In this document: positions 24,724 through 32,666 of the stretch, piece by piece
Layout of the letters: every line of letters begins with the position of its first letter
Position numbering within the stretch: the stretch's first letter is position 1
Assembly (NCBI GenBank): GCA_002269645.1
Contig: NIVC01000927.1
Location: forward strand, 274,066 to 306,731
DNA from: Macrostomum lignano
Taxonomy: Eukaryota
Reading direction: 5' to 3'
Length of the DNA stretch: 32,666 nt
Program-made: the position numbers and the translations under genes
Notes under the pieces: model-generated
Seen by the model: only the letters and a program-made list of their open reading frames with translations
What the model was told of the DNA's origin: nothing
Database searches by the model: none

Positions 24724-27700
24724 CTGGAGTGGGGCGGTTAAATAGGCTAGATTATACGGATGGAGGGGCGGATATGAGGGGCAGAGGATAGGAGCGGATG
24801 AGGCGCGCTGGAGCGGGTATTGTCATTTTCCACGAGGGTAAGATGCTCTTCCAGGAAAGTCTGCACCTCGGTGAGAACACCTCGGTTTTCCAAGCAGAAA
24901 TTTGCGCCATTGAGCAGTGCGCCCAGCACCTGCTCCAGGTGAATATTAATAACTTCAATATTAAATTTTACACTGATAGCCAAGCCGCTATTAAGGCCTT
25001 AACCACTGAGAATATCTCCGCTGCTACAGTATATCAATGCCACCGCAGTGTGCAATCCCTCTCAGTCCTTAACAGGATTAGAATTATCTGGACACCTGGT
25101 CACAGCAACATCCTGGGCAACGAGCTCGCGGACTCTCTCGCCAAGGAGGGCAGCAACCCAGACGGCAACCACCGTCTGATGAGGCTACCCCCCCCCAGGT
25201 CGCAAGTCACCCGCCATATCAACAGGTGGCTCCATCAGCAGCACCAGCTCCACTGGTACAGCTGCACCGAGTACAGGCAGACCCGCTCTGCCATGCCTAA
25301 CCTGAACAGGAAAGTCTCTGATTATCTGATTTCGCTTAACAGAACAGACCTCAGGGAGATGTGCATGGTCCTAACCGGCTATGGATTCTTCCAGAGACAT
25401 ATATCGTTGCAAACCGGTTGCCCTCCCACCTGTCCTTTCTGTGGCATAGGAGAGGAGACCGCGGAGCATCACGTCACCTTCTGCCCTTACTTCAACAAGG
25501 CGCGGCACAAATACCTCGGCCACCCCCAGCGGATGGACGAGCTGACCACCCCGGACAATATCCGTGACCTTCGCGCCTTCATCCGGGACTCCGGCCAGAT
25601 TAGGGTCGCCGATGCCTCCACTGCAAACCTGCCGACTACAGGCGGGGACTGGGCGCACCCCCAAGGTTAATCCTTGTGCTCTTTTATTTTGGGGTTGCGA
25701 TAGGGGCCTCGCGGCTCCTGCGCCCCCCCGTCAGTAGTAAGTAAGTAAGTAAGTAGGAGCGGATGAAGGAGCGGATGAGTGGATTAAGGGGTGGAGGGCA
25801 GGAGCGGATGAAGGGGCGGATGAGCGGATGAAGGGGTGGAGGGCAGGAGCGGACGAAAAGGGGATATGAGGAGCGGAGGAACGTAGGGGCGGATGTCTGG
25901 TAGGGGTGGAAAGTGGAGTAAAGAAGGGAATAAAACTGATGGAGTCCAAAAGATGGATTCCACTATAAATGGCATTCTAAAATGAATTAATGCCTTAGTA
26001 TAATTAGTTCACCTTAAAGTGCTTCTGCAAATCGTCCACGTGTTTAAAGATGGACTTGTCAAAGAACACGTGCTCGTGCCGGCCCAGATCGATGATGCCC
26101 CACAGTCTGGCGCAGTGGAACACTCGGCCGCGGCGATTGGTCAGCGTCCGGGGCGCGGTTTGATCTACGCCGGCAGAGCCGCCGCCGGCGCCGGACTTGC
26201 CGTCTCGGTTGGAGCGCCGGCCGCCGGTGATGATGATGTTGAGCTTCTGGGCGCGCCGGCAGGACACTGAGCCGTCGGCCGGGTGAATGTCGAAGAATAG
26301 GGACTGTTTGCGCAGGAATTCTTCCAGCTCGATCTGAGTCCAGCCGATTAGATTGCGGGCCTGCTCGGCGCCTTCGCCGGACCTGGCCGAATAAAAGTAA
26401 CAGGAAGCGAGCTTCATTGGCGAGCTCGAATCGGCATGGGAAGGGGGCGGACGGAGAGAGCGGGTGGAAAAGGGGGAGGATTGGAACAAAGAGGGGGGCG
26501 GAAAGAAGAGGACTGAAACTAAACGGGGCGGAAAGGGGAGGATTGGAAATAAAAGGGGCGGAAAGAGAAGAATTGAAACAAAGAAGGGGGGCGGAAAGGA
26601 GAGGACTGAAACTAAGAGGGGCGGAAAGGGGAGGATTGGAAATAAGAGGGGCGGAAAGGAGAGGACTGAAACTAAAAGGGGCGGAAAGGGGAGGATTGGA
26701 AATAAAAGGGGCAGAAAGAGAAGAATTGAAACAAAGAAGGGGGCGGAAAGGGGAGGATTGAAACAAAGAAGGGGGCGGAAAGGGGGAGGATTGAAACAAA
26801 GAAGAGCGGAAAAGGGGAGGATTGAAACGAAGAAGAGCGGAAAGGGGGAGGATTGAAACGAAGAAGAGCGGAAAGGGGGAGGATGGAAACGAAGAAGAGC
26901 GGAAAGGGGGAGGATTGAAACGAAGAAGAGCGGAAAGGGGGAGGATTGAAACGAAGAAGAAGAATCAGGAGGGCGTAATCAGGGGCAATGGAAACGGAGA
27001 ATAGGAGTGGGAAACTGAAAGAATCGAGTATTCAAGAACAAACTAGCAAGTCTTCTCTACCGAAAGGCGTTCGAATAAATTTCTAGAAAAAAATAGAACG
27101 CAGCTAAGCAATGTCTGTAAAAGAATCTGCGACATCATCGAGCTGGCAGCATTTCAAGCTGGGACAACGCGTTGTCAACAATATTTAAGCGAACTTCGAC
27201 ACGTTCCAACACGAAAGATCTGAGAGGAGAAATCGACAGCTTTTGTTTCCATTTTTGACTAAGGTTCAACAGTCCATAGATGCGTAGACCATCAGCAATG
27301 AGTCATGCCAGTCCTGGCTACCCAGTTACCCAGGTGCTGCTATTTCAAAAATCCGTATATTCATACGCGCATAAAGTGCAGGAAAATTCCAGTAAGAGAC
27401 TGACGTAGCTTAAAACTTTTCCTATCTAGAAGCTTAAAGCCTCTCTAATCCAGTGGCTGAGAGAGAGGGGGGCAACTAAATGAATGCGCATCTTCGCATC
27501 ACGTGAACCGCTGCATAGAGGCTGCAGCGCCGCCACTTCAGCCCAACCCCTCCCCTAACCCTCCCGATCCCAAAACTGATTGGAATTTGCGCAGAAAACG
27601 CCTGCAAAAGCAACCACCGCAATGGCATCCGTAGCACTGTATATATATGTAGCCATTTGATTTCTACTGTAAACTAGTCTAATGTAAACTCCAGCGGCAA

Positions 27701-30590
27701 GCCCATCTATTACATTACACTAAACAAAGAGTTATAAAATAGCCGAATTACCTAGACAATACGGAGAACAGCTGCGGTATGGACAATAAGCCACCCTTTC
27801 GTTCGAGCACTTTGCGCAGAAACATGACAGTTTTGTATTCGGCCGCCGTCATGCTGACTGGCCCGGCGCCGCCACTGATGCTGCTGGAGAGGCCGCCGCC
27901 GCTGCTGCCGCCAGGGCCAGCTGTTGATGTTGGCGTTGTTGGCAGCGACTTGCCTGCGGGTTGGACAATCGGGACAGTGTTAAACTGTATTGATAGCAGT
28001 GCTCTGACAGACGAAATGGGGATCGGATCTAGTAGACCTAGGATCGGATCTAGTAGGTCTAGGATCGGATCTAGTAGGTCTAGGATCGGATCTAGTAGGT
28101 CTAGAATCGGATCTAGTAGGTCTAGAATCGGATCTAGTAGGTCTAGAATCGGATCTAGTAGATCTAGAATCGGATCTAGTAGGTCTAGAATCGGATCTAG
28201 TAGGTCTGAATCGGATCTAGTAGGTCTGAATCGGATCTAGTAGGTCTAGAATCGGATCTAGTAGGTCTAGAATCGGATCTAGTAGGTCTAGAATCGGATC
28301 TAGTAGGTCTAGAATCGGATCTAGTAGGTCTAGAATCGGATCTAGTAGGTCTAGAATCGGATCTAGTAGGTCTAGAATCGGATCTAGTAGGTCTAGAATC
28401 GGATCTAGTAGGTCTAGAATCGGATCCAGCAGGTCTAGGATCGGATCCAGCAGGTCTAGGATCGGATCTAGTAGGTCTAGAATCGGATCTAGGAGATCCA
28501 TATTCTGATCTATGAGACCGAGAATAGCTACTAAAGGATGCCTCACCTGAGCTACGCTGATCGCCAGAGCAGCTTGGCATAACGAGACTCTTAGGCCGGG
28601 CCATTCGAGCCGACTGCGAGTGATGCAGGCCGCCGCCGAGGTTGCCGCTGCCGCGATTCCTCGACTGCAACTGCTGCTGCTGGTGCCGCTGCGAGGAGCC
28701 GCCGCCCCCGCTGCCGCCGCTCAGGCAGTGCGCAGCAAACGTGTCCCGCAAGCCAACTAGCTCGCCTTGCAATTCGAACACGTGCCGATGCCTGGCCAGA
28801 AACCTGGCAAACTCGGCCTGCGGTCCCACCACGGCTCGAATCTCTGGCGGCGCCTGGCTGAGATGCCCGGCTAAGCTTTTAATTGGCACCCAGCGGTCCT
28901 CGCGCCGGCTAAGCCGGGTCTGAAAGAACCGGACCGCCTCAGTCTCGCGGGCGAAGTCGTTCGGATCGCCGCTAACCGAGTGCAAAGCGGCGGCCGCGTC
29001 GGAGCCGGACCTGGCCGAGTTGTTCGAACCGATGGAGTCGCGCGCGGCCGCCGTTGTGATGCTGCGAGCGGCCGCTGCCAGTTGATGAAGCCGCCGCCGC
29101 CGCCGCAGCCGCTTGAGCAGCCGCGGCAGCCATCGTCGAACTCGACGAAGACGACGAGGCCGCTGTCGCCGCGGCATCGCCGCTGATCTGCGAGAGTGCG
29201 CCGTCCAGACTAACGGCAGAGACGGACTCGCCGTTCACTCGAAACAGCGACGGATATTTCTGCAGGAAGGGCTTGAGCCCGCCGGCCGAGGCCACGGCCT
29301 CTCGCATGTCTTGGGTGAAGTGCCGGCTGTGGAAATGCTGCGACAGCGACGTCAGGCGGACGCCGTCGGGCGAGTCGACATTCATGAGCACCTCAAGAAA
29401 ATAGAGCATAGACCGGTGCGCCGGGTCGCCCATCATTTTGTAGAGGAAAACCTCGCGCGACTTCAAGTAGGACAGGCACGACTGGGCGTCTGAAATGAAC
29501 GAAATGCAATTATTATAGATAAATATAGAACTACTGACAGTAGCGCAATTGGACATGTTGCATATAAATGATTTTTCAGCAACACAGCATAAACTTTAAA
29601 AAAAGGTTAATTAGCTTTCCAGAGCCCCATAGCTAGAAACAAAACGTTTCCTTTTTAAAACAAAACTTATTTATCTTTTGAGGCAGATAAGCCGGTGATA
29701 AAAGAAGAAAATAATGACTAGTTACGAAAGAAAAACTGAAGGAAACTTTGTTAGCGCGAGAGATGGCGGCCCAAAACTGGAATTCCTTAAGCTTCAGTCT
29801 TAACTCTACTCTTGTTAGAACAGAATTCTTCAGTCTGTCTAGTTAGCTAAGCATGCACACGGACCTGTCGCTAGTCCGCCCTGCCGTAGTGCTTGCGGCA
29901 ATAAATAGATAACTTCAACCAAAGAACCAACCCTCATAATGACGTCACGTGCAAGCTGGTACGTAACAATCATCGTCAAAGATGTACGCTTCTATAATGT
30001 ACGAGTTTGGTAGGTATTGTGTTTCACGGGTGCCTGTTGGCATATCATGCACTTGTTGCTCATACGGGGGAATTGTTGAGATATTGAGATGCCATTGCTA
30101 AGGGAGGGGGGGAATTGCTGAGATGCCAATGCTAAAGGGGGGGGGAATTGCTGAGATACTGAGATTCCAATGCTAAAGGGGGAATTGCTGAGATGCTGCC
30201 AATGCTAAAGGGGGGAATTGCTGAGATGCTGCCAATGCTAAAGGGGGAATTGCTGAGATGCTGCCAATGCTAAAGGGGGGAATTGCTGAGATGCTGCCAA
30301 TGCTAAAGGGGGAATTGCTGAGATGCTGCCAATGCTAAAGGGGGAATTGCTGAGATGCTGCCAATGCTAAAGGGGGGAATTGCTGAGATGCTGCCAATGC
30401 TAAAGGGGGGAATTGCTGAGATGCCAATGCTAAAGGGGGGAGTTGCTTTCAGTGCTGATGCTTGGTTGCTTTAAATGTCTTATTCTTTAAGAAACTCACC
30501 AGTCACGTCTGTTGGGTCGCCATCGCCAATAGGCGTAGTGGCGGCCAAATTATTTGGCACTTGTTGAGCTTGCTGCGGTGAACTGGTCAT
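24202..30590 (-). CDS. Egalitarian-like protein (3 winged-helix domains + cold-shock/OB-like domain + C-terminal TQT motifs, no exonuclease domain), about 708 aa if the frameshift is corrected: complement(join(24202-24723,26013-26382,27752-27953,28547-29489,30500-30590))
   Basis: Junction phases are 1,1,2,0 and all introns are GT..AG. The exon sum of 2128 nt is 3n+1, matching a visible frame switch in exon 2. WH1 MLYFLEVL...[16 protein letters not shown]...[15 protein letters not shown] and WH2 [13 protein letters not shown]...[13 protein letters not shown] resemble the recalled Egalitarian N-terminal repeats. Confidence 0.78.
24802..25753 (+). mobile_element. 5'-truncated non-LTR retrotransposon (RNase H-bearing LINE, LOA/R1/I-group-like), antisense in the last intron of the egl-like gene
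   Basis: The ORF to TAA at 25670 has RNase H motifs [33 protein letters not shown] (first catalytic Asp lost to truncation) and a CCHC knuckle [15 protein letters not shown]. There is a short 3' UTR and a (GTAA)4 tail at 25737-25752. TAGGAGCGGATGA is duplicated at 24789-24801 and 25754-25766. Clade assignment is inference. Confidence 0.9.
25754..25900. repeat. Degenerate purine-rich repeat (ggagcggatga), the target of the LINE insertion; its left remnant is at about 24755-24801
   Basis: The same motif lies on both sides of the LINE. Confidence 0.75.
26013..26382 (-). CDS. egl-like gene exon 4 (end of WH3, start of OB/cold-shock-like domain)
   Basis: Acceptor tttattcggccag|26382, donor aag|gtgaac at 26012. 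Encodes [23 protein letters not shown]...[39 protein letters not shown]. Confidence 0.85.
26440..26965. repeat. Purine-rich minisatellite of about 30-33 bp (ggggcggaaaggggaggattgaaacaaagaa)
   Basis: Direct inspection; polypyrimidine on the host gene's sense strand. Confidence 0.9.
27752..27953 (-). CDS. egl-like gene exon 3 (Gly/Ser linker and first half of WH3; not called in the ORF track)
   Basis: Acceptor caacccgcag|27953 (phase 1), donor ag|gtaatt at 27751 (phase 2). Encodes ...[33 protein letters not shown]. Confidence 0.8.
28020..28500. repeat. 21-bp minisatellite (tctagtaggtctagaatcgga) in egl-like intron 2
   Basis: 7-aa periodicity (RIGSSRS / SDSRPTR); two 20-bp deletion variants near 28200-28240. 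Confidence 0.96.
28547..29489 (-). CDS. egl-like gene exon 2 (WH1, linker, WH2), containing an apparent +1 frameshift near 29030-29060
   Basis: Acceptor ttcatttcag|29489, donor ctcag|gtgagg at 28546. WH1 is in the frame of ORF 28972-29556 and WH2 is in the frame of ORF 28197-29177. Confidence 0.78.
30065..30445. repeat. Minisatellite of about 29-32 bp (gggggaattgctgagatgctgccaatgctaaa) in egl-like intron 1
   Basis: Direct inspection; variable G-run. Confidence 0.93.
30500..30590 (-). CDS. egl-like gene exon 1 (predicted)
   Basis: ATG at 30590, [30 protein letters not shown], strong donor g|gtgagt at 30499 in phase 1 matching the next acceptor. An alternative start is the MM at 29436. Confidence 0.6.
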
Positions 30591-32666
30591 ATTTGTGCAG
30601 CTTAGAATTGATTTGTTTTAACTATTATACAGAGCTTGTGCGTTAAAAATGCTTTTCAAAACCGGACAAATCAAACCAACGGGGGAACGGATTTTTTATT
30701 CACAAATGAATTGAGACTTTACGCACTGCCGCGTGGCTGAAGCCGAAACAAAAAGGTGCTTAATATTAAAATTTGTATGTATTGTTATATAATGGGCAGT
30801 TTAGCTCAGAAATTGCTTATAGCCGCGACTCCTCCCGTTGCAAAGCCTCGGAGAAGAAAAGAAAAGTGCCACAGAAACCGAACGGATGGGAGGACCAAAA
30901 ATTTTTTAGGAGAATTGAATTCGGGAAAGTGTAAAAGCTACATGGGAGATCGAGGACGAGGGGGGGCAAAGAACCTGGCTGGGAAATATAGGAATGCAAC
31001 AAACCTGGAACCCTGTCTGTCTACCCGCCCTCCGCTTGACTGGTACCCTTCCCTCAGCCGTCCAACCTCGGCCAGCCTCTCTTTACTTCGAGCCAGCTGT
31101 CCCTCATCCCCCTCCCCATTCGGATGGTCTGCAGCTACCGCATCCGAGATCTGCAGATCTGCAGAATCCAACAGAACCAGCGGGCATCCAATAGCAGTGA
31201 ACGCAGCTGGTCTGGTCCAGCACTAGCCTAGCAGACAGTCCGAGCCACGTATGGAAAGCAACGAGAGAGAGAGGAAAAATCAATAGATTCCAGAGGGATG
31301 CAGCGCAGCGGCACCGAACCTTCGCCTTTTCCATCTATTATTATACACATGTATACTACTTATACCAAAGTCTACTTACTTCCGTCCCACTCTAGACCCG
31401 ACGAAATTCTAAAGAAGAGATTCTTGAATTTTATTTGTCTTTCAAATACTTAGCAGCTCGCGCGCATCATCTGCCGCCAGGATGGACTGGGGGGAGGGGA
31501 TTTTTTATTGAAGGAAGCAGCTGATCTGCAGCTGCAATGCGAACTATGTTTTCTTTGTCTACAAAAGAGACCGCCCAGGCTGGATGGATGGAGTCTTGCG
31601 GACTGGCGATATTGGCGCAAACCCTTACTTAGCAAGCAGAAAGAGACTAAACTACAAAGCTTTGAAGCTCAGATCTGAAGCGAAATTTTTCTGCTTTGAT
31701 ATTCAAAGAGATTTGATTTGAGAGTTTCAGAAGGTTTGATTGGAGAATCGTTAACTCACAATGCTTCAACGCCCACTTTGGCCTAAATGTTATGGTGCTG
31801 TAACCGCTAAGTTGGTGTCAGTGCTACTAGTATGATATTAGTATGCTGTTATATAACGAAAATGCCATTCGTGCAAAATGCCATATAGTATTCTAACGCC
31901 CGGCACAAATACTCGTACATCAATATATATCAGGAAGCTTCTACACGTGGTGATGCTCATTCTCATACAGCAGTTTGTCCTTCAAGAATTTTATTTTTTA
32001 ACAAGTTGCAAAGTAGACGCGCAGAGCCGTCTGTAACCCAGGAGGTACACGCATAGATCATCAGCCCCAGGTGGTGGCAAAAATGGTGCACACGCATTGC
32101 ATAACGGCAGACAGTAATGGCGCGACGGCCATAAAGCAGTTGCAGACGGGACGTCTGTCGGAATGACCTGGAAGAAACTGGACGAAGAAAGAATGCGCCC
32201 AGGCCACTTAGTACCTACTAGCAAACAGGGTATAAACTGTACAGATCCTGGAATCGCCGATTAATCCTGCAGCAGGCCAAACCAATCGATCAGTCAAGGA
32301 AAGACGGGAATGGAATGGAGTTGAAGAGAAGCAAGCGATGCTTTATCTCAGTTGGTTGGAGGAAGCCAATTGTTAAAGGCCGATGTATTGGCAAAGCGCA
32401 ACTGTGCCAATGGAGCTTAAACAAAAATGACCTAACAAAGTATGAAGCAGATTCCTATTGCTTTCAAGATAAAAACGCTGGTACTCGAACCAATGCAGAT
32501 TTCTTGTATTTTAATCACTATTTTTATTTTTGCCTACAATACTGTGATAGTGACAATTACTACAATGTAGGTTATAAAAGTTCCAGCAGACTACTTGTAG
32601 TAGCAATATTGAGACGAATTACAGCTGTTTGAAAGGCAAGATCATAAAAGCTTTGTACTTTTTTCA

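Noticed and set aside
27954-28500. RS-like SDSRPTR repeat as a coding part of the egl-like protein
   Set aside because: The ORF ends in a stop within the array. A strong donor at 28546 and a phase-matched acceptor at 27954 splice it out. The nearer acceptor at 28004 leads to a stop.
30750-32666. ORFs 30756-31226, 31991-32224 and 32315-32632 as a fourth gene
   Set aside because: No recognisable domain and no consistent splice chain. Probably the 5' UTR or promoter of the egl-like gene plus intergenic DNA; a BLASTX search would settle it.

Overview
Eukaryotic (metazoan) genomic DNA, not prokaryotic. GC-rich exons with poly-Ala/Gly/Gln runs are separated by introns that mostly carry their own distinct minisatellite. 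This style resembles the free-living flatworm Macrostomum (inference only). Three spliced genes were reconstructed by hand with phase-consistent GT..AG junctions. (1) + strand: a DCC/neogenin/frazzled (UNC-40) netrin receptor, from mid-FN3 domain 1 through FN2-FN6, the TM helix, a degenerate P1 and a clear P3 motif ending EFEC* (9 exons, 1992-14659). The Ig domains are not in the window. A candidate 12-nt microexon lies in the FN4-FN5 linker, and an in-frame signal-peptide-like ATG sits at 1870. (2) - strand: FBXL16-like F-box/LRR gene (3 coding exons, 19762-15241, 502 aa), tail-to-tail with the receptor. (3) - strand: a gene with three Egalitarian-type winged-helix domains, a cold-shock/OB-like domain and C-terminal TQT (LC8-type) motifs but no exonuclease domain (5 exons, 30590-24202). 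It has an apparent 1-nt frameshift in exon 2. A 5'-truncated RNase H-bearing LINE with a 13-bp TSD and (GTAA)n tail sits antisense in its last intron. About 23 tandem arrays explain most of the long ORFs in the ORF track. Exon coordinates were counted by hand, array boundaries are approximate, and family assignments come from recalled motifs rather than database searches.
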